Positions 20,320 to 31,100 of a DNA stretch of 64,000 bases are shown here, piece after piece. The number at the start of each line of letters is the position of its first letter. Position 1 is the first letter of the stretch. Made by a program: the position numbers and the translations under genes. The stretch lies in the NCBI GenBank assembly GCA_002412425.1, contig DHVB01000049.1, forward strand, positions 74,401 to 138,400, in the 5' to 3' direction. Origin of the DNA: Bacteroidales bacterium UBA5219 (GTDB lineage Bacteria; Bacteroidota; Bacteroidia; Bacteroidales; ML635J-15). The notes under the pieces are model-generated. The model was given only the letters and a program-made list of their open reading frames with translations. It made no database searches and was not told where the DNA came from.

Positions 20320-21489
20320 ATGTTAAATATTGCTTTATTTGGTCCTCCTGGAGCTGGAAAAGGAACTCAATCAAAAATTTTAATTGAAGAATATAATTTA
20401 TCCTACATTTCTACTGGTGAATTATTACGTAAAGAGATTAAAAATAAAACAAAATTAGGCTTAGAAGCTCAAAGTATTATTGCTGCTGGTGGTTTGGTTT
20501 CTGATGAAATTATTGTTCAAATTATTGAAAAAACAATTACAGAAAATCCCAATGCAAATGGTTTTTTGTTTGATGGTTTTCCTCGTACATATATTCAGGC
20601 TTATATACTCGAAGGTTTGATGATTAAATTAAACACCTCGTTAAATTGTTTGATAAGCTTAGCAGTTCCAGAAGAAGTTTCTGTTCAGCGTTTATTAGAA
20701 CGTGGTAGAACTTCGGGCAGAACAGACGATAACAAAACAGTTATTAGAAATCGATTAAACGAATATTACGAAAAAACAATACCTGTAATTAATTTTTACA
20801 AAGAAAAAGGAATTTTTTCAGAAGTTGACGGAACTCAATCTGTTGAGAATGTTAGAAAAGACATAAAAGCTATTGTTAAAAAAGAGTTGAGCAAACGTTT
20901 GTTAAATATTGTTTTATTTGGTTATCCTGGTTCTGGAAGAGGTTCGCAAGGCAGAGCTATTGCCAAAAAATACGGCTTAGAATATGTTGCTACAGGACCT
21001 ATGCTACACGAAGAAATTGAAAAAGGTAGCGAAATAGGAAAACAAATTAAAGATTTGTTTGACAATGGAAAACTAATTCCCGATGAGATTGTGGTTCCTT
21101 TGATTGAAAAGAAAATTGAAAATTCAAAAGGTGTAAAAGGTTTTATTTTTAAAGGTTTTCCTCGAACTCTTGTGCAATCCTATATTTTAGATGGCTTATT
21201 GAAAAAGCACTCTTCGTCAATTTCTAAAATTATTGAAATTGAAGTGCCTACTCTTGAATTAATTAAAAGATTAGACGAAAGAAGTAAAACTGAAAATCGC
21301 ATGCCTTATGACTCAAGTACTGCTAAAATTGTTCAAAGACTACAAGACCACCAAACCAAAACTGTTCCTGTTATAGAAAAATACAACGAATTGCACGGAG
21401 TTGTAAAAATTGACGGAATGGGCAGTTTCGACGAAGTTTTCAAAAGAATAAGTTTTGAAATCGAAAATGGATTCGAGAATCTGAAATAA
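20320..21489 (+). CDS. adk: Tandem-domain adenylate kinase (two complete short-type Adk domains in one polypeptide)
   Basis: Domain 1 (aa 1-190) has GPPGAGKGTQ, FLFDGFPRT and RGRTSGRTDDN. Domain 2 (aa 195-389) has GYPGSGRGSQ, FIFKGFPRT and RSKTENRMPYDS. Confidence 0.85.
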   Translation: MLNIALFGPPGAGKGTQSKILIEEYNLSYISTGELLRKEIKNKTKLGLEAQSIIAAGGLVSDEIIVQIIEKTITENPNANGFLFDGFPRTYIQAYILEGLMIKLNTSLNCLISLAVPEEVSVQRLLERGRTSGRTDDNKTVIRNRLNEYYEKTIPVINFYKEKGIFSEVDGTQSVENVRKDIKAIVKKELSKRLLNIVLFGYPGSGRGSQGRAIAKKYGLEYVATGPMLHEEIEKGSEIGKQIKDLFDNGKLIPDEIVVPLIEKKIENSKGVKGFIFKGFPRTLVQSYILDGLLKKHSSSISKIIEIEVPTLELIKRLDERSKTENRMPYDSSTAKIVQRLQDHQTKTVPVIEKYNELHGVVKIDGMGSFDEVFKRISFEIENGFENLK

Positions 21490-21492
21490 AAA

Positions 21493-21523
21493 AAGACAAC
21501 TTCTGCAATGCAAAAGTTGTCTT
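21493..21523. terminator. Perfect 10-bp stem-loop between convergent adk and etfA
   Basis: AAGACAACTT (21493-21502) pairs with AAGTTGTCTT (21514-21523) around an 11-nt loop. The A-run on the plus side gives a U-run after the hairpin on the minus-strand (etf) transcript. Confidence 0.55.
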
Positions 21524-21567
21524 AACCAATTAACATAAAAACAATATTTATCTTTCAACTATGAAAG

Positions 21568-22569
21568 CTACTTTTTTAAGTTTCTGATTTTCTCGGTTAG
21601 AAGTGGTACAATTTTTTCAACCTCGCCAACAATACCAATATCTGCAACTCCAAAAATTGGTGCAAACTTATCTTTGTTTATAGCGATAATGTACTCACTT
21701 TCTTCCATACCTGCAAGGTGCTGAATAGCTCCTGAAATACCACAAGCCACGTAAAGTTGTGGACGAACAGTTTTACCAGTTTGTCCTACTTGTAAATCGT
21801 GATCCATATTTCCTGCATCTACTGTAGCACGTGAAGCAGAAACTTCGCCGTTTAGCTCATCAGCCAATTCTCTAAGATGACCATAATATTCTTTGTGTAC
21901 ACCACGACCAGCAGAAACAAGCACTGGAGCTTCAGTAATGTCTTTTGTTGTTTTTGGTTTTACAACACTTTCTAAAAGTTTCACACGGTTAATTTTCTCC
22001 ATATTGAAACTTACCTCAACTTTCTCAACTTCGCCTTTTCTTGCTGAAGTATCTTCTAAGCGTTGCATAACACCTGGACGAACTGTTGCCATTTGTGGAC
22101 GGTGGTCTTTACAAAGAATTGTTGCCATAAGATTACCACCGAAAGCAGGACGAGTCATTAAGAACTCACCATTTTCGCCTATTTCAAGTTTGGTGCAATC
22201 TGCTGTTAAACCTGTAGTAACACGAGCCGAAACTCTTGGACCAAGGTCACGACCTATTGTTGTAGCACCTAAAAGTAAAATATCTGGTTTTCTTTCGTTT
22301 ATAATTTGACTTAGAGCCTGAGTATAAGGTTCTGTCATATAGTTTTTTAAAGCATCGTTATCTACCACTAAAACCTTGTCTGCACCTGCCTGAATCAAGT
22401 TTTGAGCCTTATTTTCTATATCTTTACCTAAAAGCACGGCTACCACTTTTTCATTTAAAGCATCAGCCAACTCGCGAGCCTTACCTAGAAGCTCGAACGC
22501 TACTTTTTGCACTACGCCACCACGTTGTTCTGCAAAAACATAAACATCTTTATATTGAGTAATATCCAT
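21568..22569 (-). CDS. etfA: Electron transfer flavoprotein, alpha subunit
   Basis: The start at MDITQYKDVYVFAEQR (22569) avoids overlap with etfB. C-terminal FAD-binding region (LYVACGISGAIQHLAGM...IIAINKD). Confidence 0.9.
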   Translation of the reverse strand: MDITQYKDVYVFAEQRGGVVQKVAFELLGKARELADALNEKVVAVLLGKDIENKAQNLIQAGADKVLVVDNDALKNYMTEPYTQALSQIINERKPDILLLGATTIGRDLGPRVSARVTTGLTADCTKLEIGENGEFLMTRPAFGGNLMATILCKDHRPQMATVRPGVMQRLEDTSARKGEVEKVEVSFNMEKINRVKLLESVVKPKTTKDITEAPVLVSAGRGVHKEYYGHLRELADELNGEVSASRATVDAGNMDHDLQVGQTGKTVRPQLYVACGISGAIQHLAGMEESEYIIAINKDKFAPIFGVADIGIVGEVEKIVPLLTEKIRNLKK

Positions 22570-22588
22570 ATTTTCTTTCTTTTTAGGG

Positions 22589-23371
22589 TTAAATAATGTG
22601 TTGTTCTTTAAGTTTTGAAACAATCAGATTTACAGCTTCTTCTGCTGAACCTTCGAATAGTGAACCTGCTGGTTTAATACTCTTAGGGAATGCTTTTGCT
22701 ACACTTGTAGGCGAACCTGCTTTTCCAATTTTTTCTTCGGGAACGTTGATTTTGTCTGCTCCCCAAACTTCTATTTCTTTTTTATAAGCTGCAACTATAC
22801 CTCTCATGTGCATATAACGTGGTTTTACAGCAGAAGCTAAAACTGTTACAAGACAAGGAGTATCCATTTGTAAAACTTGATAGCCCTCTTCGGTTTGTTT
22901 TCTAATAGTTAAAGTTTTTTTGCCATCAAAATCTAAGTGTTCGAGATACGAAACTTGTGGAATGTCTAAGTGTTCAGCAATTTGTGGTCCAACTTGAGCG
23001 GTGTCTCCGTCTATAGCTTGACGACCTGTAATAATAAGATCATAATCCAAAGTGCGTAATGCACCTGCCAAAGAGTTGGAAGTGGCTAAAGTATCTGCAC
23101 CACCGAGTTTGCGGTCGGTTAGTAATATAGCTCTATCTACACCCATTGCCAAAGCTTCACGAAGAATAGCCTCAGCTTGAGGTAAGCCCATTGTAATAAC
23201 GGTAACGTGAGCATTGTATTTATCTTTTAGTTGCAGAGCGAACTCCAATCCACCTTTATCGTCGGGGTTCATAATACATGGAACTCCGTCTCTCATAAGC
23301 GTGCCTGTCTGTGGATTAATCTTTACTTCTGTAGTATCAGGCACCTGTTTTATACAAACTATTATATTCAT
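22589..23371 (-). CDS. etfB: Electron transfer flavoprotein, beta subunit
   Basis: MNIIVCIKQVPDT... and ITGRQAIDGDTAQVGPQIAEHL motifs. Lies immediately upstream of etfA. Confidence 0.9.
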   Translation of the reverse strand: MNIIVCIKQVPDTTEVKINPQTGTLMRDGVPCIMNPDDKGGLEFALQLKDKYNAHVTVITMGLPQAEAILREALAMGVDRAILLTDRKLGGADTLATSNSLAGALRTLDYDLIITGRQAIDGDTAQVGPQIAEHLDIPQVSYLEHLDFDGKKTLTIRKQTEEGYQVLQMDTPCLVTVLASAVKPRYMHMRGIVAAYKKEIEVWGADKINVPEEKIGKAGSPTSVAKAFPKSIKPAGSLFEGSAEEAVNLIVSKLKEQHII

Positions 23372-23408
23372 ATTCTCTTGATTTTCTATTTTAAATTTTT
23401 AATAACTT

Positions 23409-24554
23409 CTATTTTTTACTAAACAAATTAGCTGCAATTACCATTCTTTGAACTTCTGAAGTTCCTTCGTAAATTTCGGTAATTTTAGCATCACGCATCA
23501 TTCTTTCTACAGGATAATCACGAGTATAGCCATATCCTCCATGGAATTGAACAGCCTTAGTGGTAACCTCCATAGCAGTTTCTGAAGCAAATAATTTTGC
23601 CATTGCTGCATCAACAGAGTAAGGAATACCGTTATCCTTTTTATAATGAGCATTGCGAACTAGCAAACGAGCTGCTTGAACCTTAGTTTCCATATCTGCC
23701 ATTTGGAACTGTGTGTTTTGGAATTGCGATATACTACGACCAAATTGCTTACGCTCTTTAGTATATTTTATAGTTTCGTCCATAGCTCCTTGTGCAATAC
23801 CTAAGGCTTGAGCAGCGATACCTATACGTCCGCCGTCAAGAGTTTTCATAGCAATACCGAAACCTCTTCCAACCTGTCCGAGAAGGTTTTCTTTTGGTAT
23901 TCTACAATCTGTAAATACAAGTTCGGCAGTAGCAGAACCACGAATACCAAGCTTTTTCTCTTTCTTACCAATCTCGAAGCCTTTTGTTCCTTTTTCTACT
24001 ATAAAAGCAGAAATCCCTTTATTACCAAGCGACTTGTCGGTCATAGCAAAGATAATGTAAACGTGTGCATATTCAGCATTTGTGATAAAAATCTTAGTTC
24101 CGTTTAACACATACTCATCTCCATCAAGCACAGCCATTGTTTGTTGCATAGCTGCATCTGTACCAGCATTTGGCTCTGTAAGACCGAAAGCTCCAATCCA
24201 TTCGCCTGAAGCGAGTTTAGGTAAATACTTTTTCTTTTGTTCCTCAGTACCGTTTTCCCAAATAGGTGCTACACATAGCGACTGATGTGCCGAAAGTACT
24301 ACTCCTGTAGTACCACATACGCGTGAAATTTCTTCCACAGCTATACCGTACATCATGTTTGTGCCACCAGCTCCACCGTATTCCACAGGTACAGGAATAC
24401 CCATCAAACCAATTTTTGCCATCTTCTCTACTGTTTCGATTGGAAATCTCTCCTGTTCATCAATTTCGGCAGCCAAAGGTTTTATCTCTTTTTCTGCAAA
24501 CTCTCTTATCATTTGCAGAAAAAGTTCTTCGGTTTTTGATAAACTAAAATCCAT
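23409..24554 (-). CDS. Acyl-CoA dehydrogenase (short-chain/butyryl-CoA type)
   Basis: 381 aa. GAFGLTEPNAGTD, the C-terminal catalytic-region motif YEGTSEVQRMVIA, and QFHGGYGYTRDYPVERMMRDAKI. Forms an operon with etfBA. Confidence 0.92.
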   Translation of the reverse strand: MDFSLSKTEELFLQMIREFAEKEIKPLAAEIDEQERFPIETVEKMAKIGLMGIPVPVEYGGAGGTNMMYGIAVEEISRVCGTTGVVLSAHQSLCVAPIWENGTEEQKKKYLPKLASGEWIGAFGLTEPNAGTDAAMQQTMAVLDGDEYVLNGTKIFITNAEYAHVYIIFAMTDKSLGNKGISAFIVEKGTKGFEIGKKEKKLGIRGSATAELVFTDCRIPKENLLGQVGRGFGIAMKTLDGGRIGIAAQALGIAQGAMDETIKYTKERKQFGRSISQFQNTQFQMADMETKVQAARLLVRNAHYKKDNGIPYSVDAAMAKLFASETAMEVTTKAVQFHGGYGYTRDYPVERMMRDAKITEIYEGTSEVQRMVIAANLFSKK

Positions 24555-24594
24555 AATTATACTACTTTTTATCTTTTCTTTTAATTAATTTTAT

Positions 24595-24602
24595 CAAAAA
24601 TA
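24595..24602 (-). promoter_or_regulatory. Candidate -7 box (TATTTTTG) for the acyl-CoA dehydrogenase/etfBA operon
   Basis: Exact TAnnTTTG on the minus strand, 40 nt upstream of the ATG at 24554. Confidence 0.35.
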
Positions 24603-24629
24603 AAATTCAGATAATTTTTCCTATCTGAA
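24598..24629 (-). terminator. Rho-independent-type terminator downstream of the 24749-25672 gene
   Basis: TTCAGATA (24606-24613) pairs with TATCTGAA (24622-24629) around an 8-nt loop. On the minus strand it is followed by TTTTATTTTT. Confidence 0.45.
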
Positions 24630-24748
24630 AAATAAATTGCAAATATATAAATTATTTACCATAATGAAAAGATATATCGTCAAAATTAAAATTTGTTTGA
24701 ATAGCATATTTGATAAAATTAAAGCCATCTCTTAATTTAACATAAAAA

Positions 24749-25672
24749 TTACTTATAAAAAGTTACTTTATTTTTATTATGCTTTTCAATTTCTTCTTCA
24801 ACAGTTGTTGTAAATCCAAATTCTTTTCTACGTTCATTCACTTTTCTTTTTTGCTTAGTTGGAGCTAACTCGCAAGGTTGAGTTACCCCGTCGATTATTC
24901 TACAACGATATTGAGTGCCATATATTTGTCTTTTCCCTCTATAAAGCCTATATCTATCATAAGCAGTTGCCCAACGAAATTTATCTGCTTCATTATTTTT
25001 TACCGCTTCTTCCATTAAACCTAAATGTTTTTTAAATGACGTTTTGTCAGAATGTTGCATGAATAAAAAAGCATAATCTCCTGCAATTTTGCCAACCATG
25101 CTAAAAGTGGGCCAACCATATTTTTGCACAATGGAATCAAGAAATATTGTATTAATACTATCAACATTTTCAGCAATAATAAACTTCAGATCTCCATTCT
25201 CACCAACTTCTGAAGGTTGAGTAATTATTAAACCTCTATATTTCTGATCAAGTATTCCATGTTCCATAATTTTAATTGCTAATGCTGTGTCTGTAATAGG
25301 ACCACTTTCATAAAGAAATTTTTCAATAAGCAATTGATAAACATTTTCCCAATAATTACTTTCTCGCAAAGCACTTATTCTATAATTTAAAAAAATAGCG
25401 GGAGTTAAGTTATATTCAACCTTTTTTATAAAATCCATTAGATTTTTTTGAGCTTTTTCAAAATCTCCCAAATTTGAATAACATATTGCCAAATTGTAAA
25501 TATCTGAGTTAGACAAACTATCTTTAGCTAAAATATCATCTAAGGCTTCTTGAAACAAGTTTTGCTCAACATAATCATTTAATACTGGATAGCAATACAT
25601 CATTCTTTTTTGAGAAAATGAAATATTTAGGCTAAACACAAATAATATTGTTATTAGTAAATATTTTTTCAT
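24749..25672 (-). CDS. Secreted hypothetical protein (TPR-like N-terminus; C-terminus resembles the DUF6624 family as I recall it)
   Basis: Signal peptide. The segments KYGWPTFSMVG...FLFMQHS and GKRQIYGTQY...VNERRKEFGF. Family assignment is from memory only. Confidence 0.4.
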   Translation of the reverse strand: MKKYLLITILFVFSLNISFSQKRMMYCYPVLNDYVEQNLFQEALDDILAKDSLSNSDIYNLAICYSNLGDFEKAQKNLMDFIKKVEYNLTPAIFLNYRISALRESNYWENVYQLLIEKFLYESGPITDTALAIKIMEHGILDQKYRGLIITQPSEVGENGDLKFIIAENVDSINTIFLDSIVQKYGWPTFSMVGKIAGDYAFLFMQHSDKTSFKKHLGLMEEAVKNNEADKFRWATAYDRYRLYRGKRQIYGTQYRCRIIDGVTQPCELAPTKQKRKVNERRKEFGFTTTVEEEIEKHNKNKVTFYK

Positions 25673-25702
25673 ATTCTGCTATTTTTATTTCTACAAAGAT
25701 AT

Positions 25703-26947
25703 TTATAATTTGAAAATAGAATTGAAATCTTGTTCAGTAATTTTGGATTTGCTTAATATTGTGGGACATATTCTGCAGAGAAAATATCCAGAAGCTTTTG
25801 AGGGAAATAAGATTATATAAAACTCTGACTCATAGTTTTCTGCTTCTATAATTTGTTTTATTTTTCCCTTCCAACCTGATTGAAATATTGGAAAATAAAA
25901 TGCACTAACTCCAAATTTCGAACAAATATTATTAATTCTAAATAATTCTCGAAAAGCGTTTTTTTTATGAGTTGAGTAATATTTTTTTGTAGGCAAGATT
26001 AAAACTTTATCATATTGTGCACATTCTGCTATTCCGAGTATTTCAAACATTGAATTTTCGATATCAATTATACCTGTAAGCTCATCTACATAAATATAAT
26101 CTAGCGGTGATAAAGAAACATAAAATCTTTTATTCTCATCAAGAATAAGTCTCTGTTCAGGAAATTTCCAATATTGATACATCAGAATTTCATAAACCTG
26201 ATTCCAAGAACTTTCCCAATTTTTAGCAGATTCGTATGCCTTGTCTAAAAAAAACAGGAAATTTTCTCGTCCAAAATGACTTATAAATACAGATACAGAA
26301 GAACTTTCATAATCATAGTCTATCATAGAAATATCTCGTTGCGACAAAAACTTGGGCCAACCATTATTGTTTACCCAATCTTTTAGTTTGCTACAATTTA
26401 TAGAGTCTTGCTTTGCAACAAGGTCCCATGAAATTTTCTTTTTATTATATTTTACTCTATTATTTTGGTCAGATTCCGATATTAAATCCAATAAATCAAT
26501 TAGCTCTTTATTATAATAAGTACTTTCATAAAATTTTCTATTTTTTTCATATCTTAGCGAATCGTATTCTAATTTTATATCAGAAAAAACTAAGCCAAAT
26601 CTTACAGCTTTGTCAAGATAGTTAAGACTTTTGTTTCTATGTTTATGTTTACATTCAAAATATTTACCCAAATTTGATGTAGTTGGTAAAACTAATAAAT
26701 TTGCGCAAGCTTTTACTTTGTTATTGTGCAATACAGCAAGTCTATAATAGGTTTCTGGCAAAAATGTTTTGTCTTTTGAATTTATAATTTTCGAAGCATA
26801 AAAATAAGTGCTATCAACATTTCCTTTATTAGAAAAATCAATCAGATGCCTAAAGTTAAATTCATTGTGAACATATTCTTTCAAACTTTCTTGAGAATAT
26901 GTAAGAATTGGAAATACTAATAATAAAAATAATAGTTTTTGTTTCAT
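25703..26947 (-). CDS. Secreted hypothetical protein, distant paralog of the downstream gene
   Basis: Signal peptide (LLFLLLVFPILTYSQ). Shares the NNGWPKF...SVFISHFG pattern with the neighbouring gene. No other recognisable motif. Confidence 0.35.
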   Translation of the reverse strand: MKQKLLFLLLVFPILTYSQESLKEYVHNEFNFRHLIDFSNKGNVDSTYFYASKIINSKDKTFLPETYYRLAVLHNNKVKACANLLVLPTTSNLGKYFECKHKHRNKSLNYLDKAVRFGLVFSDIKLEYDSLRYEKNRKFYESTYYNKELIDLLDLISESDQNNRVKYNKKKISWDLVAKQDSINCSKLKDWVNNNGWPKFLSQRDISMIDYDYESSSVSVFISHFGRENFLFFLDKAYESAKNWESSWNQVYEILMYQYWKFPEQRLILDENKRFYVSLSPLDYIYVDELTGIIDIENSMFEILGIAECAQYDKVLILPTKKYYSTHKKNAFRELFRINNICSKFGVSAFYFPIFQSGWKGKIKQIIEAENYESEFYIILFPSKASGYFLCRICPTILSKSKITEQDFNSIFKL

Positions 26948-26985
26948 TTGTTATGTGTTTTTTTGCAATTATTAAGCAAGCAAGC

Positions 26986-27978
26986 CTACCAAAACCTTCT
27001 AAACCCAATTATTTCTTTAACATCTTTTAAAGTTTTACTTGCATTTTCGCGTGCTTTTTCAGCTCCCATTTTTGCTACTTTACTCAAATATTCGGTGTTA
27101 GAATCAATTTCTTTAATTTTTTGATTTATAGGAGCTAACATTTTTATTACATCTTCTGCTATTTGTTTTTTCAAATCTCCATAACGAATTTCACAGTTTG
27201 CGTATTGTTCTTCAAAAAATTTAACTGTATCAGGAGTAGAAACTACTTTCATTATAGTAAAAAGATTTTGAATAGATTCTGGCATTTCAGAATTTTTCTC
27301 AGTAGGTCCGCTATCTGTAAGTGCTCTCATTACTTTTTTTCGTATAACAGATGCTTCATCGGCTAAATAAATTCCATTGCCTTCGGATTTACCCATTTTA
27401 CCGCTACCATCTAAGCCGGGAATTTTAATTAATTCTTTTCCAAAATTAAATGCTTGAGGTTCTTTAAAATATTCAACAGAATACATATTATTAAATCTTC
27501 GAGCAAACCTTCTTGCCATTTCAAGATTTTGTTCTTGGTCTTTTCCTACAGGAACTTTATCAGCATTATGAATAATTATATCAGCAGCCATCAAAACAGG
27601 ATAAGTCAATAAACCTGCATTTACATTTTCGGGTTGCTGACGAGCTTTTTCTTTAAATGTTGTAGTGCGTGCTAATTCGCCCATATATGCATTCATATTT
27701 AATAACAGATACAACTCTGTTATTTCTGGAACATCAGACTGAATATATAAAGTGCTTTTTTCTGGGTCTATTCCTGCTGCCAAATATTCAACCAAAACTT
27801 GCCTAACACTATTATGTAGATTTTCAGGAGTTGGGTGAGTTGTTAACGAATGATAATCTGCTATAAAAAAGTAACAATTATAATCATTCTGCATTTTTAC
27901 AAAATTCTGAACCGCACCTAGATAATTTCCTAAATGCAAATTCCCTGTCGAACGTATTCCACTTAAAACCGTTTCCAT
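26986..27978 (-). CDS. trpS: Tryptophan--tRNA ligase
   Basis: Class I HIGH-type motif (GNLHLGNYLGA) and KMSKS-type motif (KMGKS). 330 aa. Confidence 0.95.
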   Translation of the reverse strand: METVLSGIRSTGNLHLGNYLGAVQNFVKMQNDYNCYFFIADYHSLTTHPTPENLHNSVRQVLVEYLAAGIDPEKSTLYIQSDVPEITELYLLLNMNAYMGELARTTTFKEKARQQPENVNAGLLTYPVLMAADIIIHNADKVPVGKDQEQNLEMARRFARRFNNMYSVEYFKEPQAFNFGKELIKIPGLDGSGKMGKSEGNGIYLADEASVIRKKVMRALTDSGPTEKNSEMPESIQNLFTIMKVVSTPDTVKFFEEQYANCEIRYGDLKKQIAEDVIKMLAPINQKIKEIDSNTEYLSKVAKMGAEKARENASKTLKDVKEIIGFRRFW

Positions 27979-27994
27979 AATTATAAATTTGTTG

Positions 27995-28002
27995 CAAACT
28001 TA
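27995..28002 (-). promoter_or_regulatory. Candidate -7 box (TAAGTTTG) for trpS
   Basis: Exact TAnnTTTG on the minus strand, 16 nt upstream of the ATG at 27978. Confidence 0.35.
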
Positions 28003-28084
28003 AACAAAAAAAATAATTTTACATAACGCTACAAAAACAAAATTCTTGTTAATAAAAAAACTCATTTTATTTGAATATTGTTTT

Positions 28085-28092
28085 TATATTTG
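28085..28092 (+). promoter_or_regulatory. Candidate -7 box (TATATTTG) for the glycogen synthase/phosphorylase gene
   Basis: Exact TAnnTTTG, 47 nt before the ATG at 28140. Confidence 0.35.
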
Positions 28093-28139
28093 TCAAGAAT
28101 TTTTAAAAAATTATAAACCTATAAGCAAAATCTTATAAT

Positions 28140-31100
28140 ATGCAAAATCTTAACAAACCAAACTACATTTTTGAAGTTAGCTGGGAAGTATGTAATAAAG
28201 TTGGCGGTATTCATACCGTAATTTCAACTAAAGCTCTTGAATTATCAAAAAATTGTGACCACCACATTCTTATTGGTCCTAGCATTTGGAGAGAAACAAA
28301 AGAGCATCCCGAATTTATTGAAGACAACTCCTTATTTGCGGATTGGAAACATCATTTAGAGTCAAAAAACACACATATTCATATTGGCTATTGGAATATT
28401 CCAGGAAAACCAAAGGTGTTTTTAATTGATTTTTCAAAATATATTAGCGAAAAAGATAGCATACTTGCAAAATTTTGGGAAGACTATAGATTAGACTCCT
28501 TAGCCGGACAGTGGGATTATATTGAACCTGCTTTATTTGGATATGCATCTGCCAAAATAATAGAAAGTTTTGTAAACTTTTACTTGTCTGTACACGACAA
28601 AATAGTCGCACATTTCCACGAATGGATGACCGGTACAGGAATTTTATATTTAAAATCGCAAATGCCACAAATAGCAACTGCTTTTACTACTCACGCAACT
28701 GCAATAGGGCGTAGCATTGCCGGCAACGGATTACCACTTTACAAAAATCTTTCTAATTATAACGGCGACATCTTAGCTAGTGAGTTTAATATAGTTTCTA
28801 AACAAAGTCTCGAAAAACTAAGTGCTCACAACGCTGATGTGTTTACAACCGTTAGCGAAATTACCGCCCAAGAATGTAGCCAACTTTTAAGCAAAGATGT
28901 TGATTTTGTTACGCCAAATGGTTTCGAAAATAATTTTGTGCCTCAACCAGCAGAATATAGCGAAAAAAGAAAAACTGCTCGCAAAAAAATTATTGAAGTT
29001 GCCCAAGCTTTGATGAATTATAAATATGAAAAAGAACCTGTAATTGTAGCAACTTCAGGACGTTACGAGTTTTCAAACAAAGGTTATGATTTGTTTATAA
29101 ATGCCTTGGCTGAATTAAATAAAAACACAAATTTAAAAGAAGAAGTTTTAGCATTAATTTTAGTTCCAGCAAATAACTATGGAGCTGTAAATCAGCTATA
29201 TAATATTTTAAACAATGTTGAGGGCGACACCAATATTGTAAATAATTTTTTAACTCATAATATTCACGATATTGAATTTGACCCAATTTCAAAAAGAATT
29301 TGCGAAAAACAATTATTCAACAAAGCTGAAAATAAAGTAAAAGTAATTTTTGTACCTACATATTTGAATGGAGATGACGGAATATTTGATATTAAATATT
29401 ACGATTTATTACCAGGCTTAGATTTAACTGCTTTTGTTTCTTATTATGAGCCTTGGGGTTACACTCCATTAGAATCTGTAGCTTTTGGAATTCCCACAAT
29501 AACAACAAGTTTAGCAGGATTTGGAAAATGGATGCAAGGAGTTTTAGATGAAAATGATAAAAGTGTTAAGGTTATTAACAGAACCGACGACAATGCAGAT
29601 GAAGTTGTTGCAGAAATAATTAATTATTTCAATTTTTATTTAGCTCTAAATCAAAAAGAAAGAGAAAATTTATCTAAATCTGCATTTGCTGCTTCTGACA
29701 ATGCTTTGTGGACTAATTTAATTAAAGAATATGAAAAAGCATATAGCTTTGCTTTAGAAAAAGTTAATGACCGTCAAGACGAATTTGTTAAACAAATTCC
29801 AAGCAGACCAATAAGCGAAACCTATGATAAGGAATCACACTCTCCTCAGTGGAGAAAACTTGAAGTAAAAACTCATGTAACCGACAGATTTAATGCTCTT
29901 ATTGCTATTTCTTTAAATTTATGGTGGACATGGAACAAACCAGCTAGAACTATGTTCAAATATATAGATCCTGAACTATGGATAGAACATGCGAAAAATC
30001 CTGTTACATTCTTAGAAAACGTCTCTATTTCAAGATTACAAGAATTAGAAAACGATAAATATTTCACTAATTTATACGATTCGGTTTGCAAAGAATTTTA
30101 CGAATATATTGCTAAGAAAAAAGAGAAAAAAGCTCCAAAAATAGCATACTTTAGCATGGAATATGGATTTGACGATAATTTAAAAATATTTTCTGGAGGT
30201 TTAGGAATTTTAGCTGGCGACTTTTTAAAAGAAGCTAGCGATACAAATACTGATTTAGTTGGAATTGGACTGCTTTACAGATATGGATATTTTAAGCAAA
30301 AAATTACTTCCATTGGAGAACAAAATGCAGAATATATCCCACAAAATTTTGACAAAATGCCAATCCAACCTGTTCGTGATGATAAAAACGAGCAAATGAA
30401 AATTATGGTTTATTTCCCAGGTAGAAATGTATATGCAAAAATTTGGAAAGCCAATATAGGAAGAATTCCGCTATACCTTTTAGATACTGATGTGGAAGAA
30501 AATCAAGAACAAGACAAATATATTACATCTCGTTTATACGGTGGCGATATAGAATTTAGATTTAAACAAGAAATGATATTGGGAGTTGGAGGTATCAGAG
30601 CTTTACAGGCTTTAAATATATACCCTGACGTATATCATTGCAACGAAGGACACGCAGCTTTCATAGGATTAGAAAGACTTAGAATTTTAAGAACAAGACG
30701 CAATTTAAAATTTGAAGAAGCATTAGAAATAATAAGAGCTTCTACCCTATTTACCACCCACACTCCTGTTCCTGCTGGTCACGACACTTTCGATGAAAAT
30801 TTAATGAGAACTTATATGTCTCACTATCCAGAAAGACTAAAAATTACTTGGGATGAAATGATGAGACTTGGAATGTTAAATAAAGGCGATAAATTCTCAA
30901 TGTCGTATTTAGCTGCTAATGTGTCTCAAGAAATAAATGGCGTTTCTATGTTGCATGGACAAGTTTCCAAAGAAATGTTTAAAGATTTATGGAAAGGTTA
31001 TTTCGCAGAAGAAAATCATGTTGGATATGTTACAAATGGCGTTCATTACCACACATGGACAGCTTCGGCATGGCAAAATTTATATTTAACAACTTTTGGA

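Noticed and set aside
21893-22309. Plus-strand ORF of 138 aa
   Set aside because: It is antisense to the strongly supported etfA. Its open frame is explained by the locally higher GC and the codon bias of a highly conserved gene.
21568-24554. The etfBA plus acyl-CoA dehydrogenase operon as a novel system
   Set aside because: This is the standard Bcd/EtfAB arrangement of anaerobic butyrate/crotonyl-CoA metabolism. Nothing unusual is seen in the sequence.
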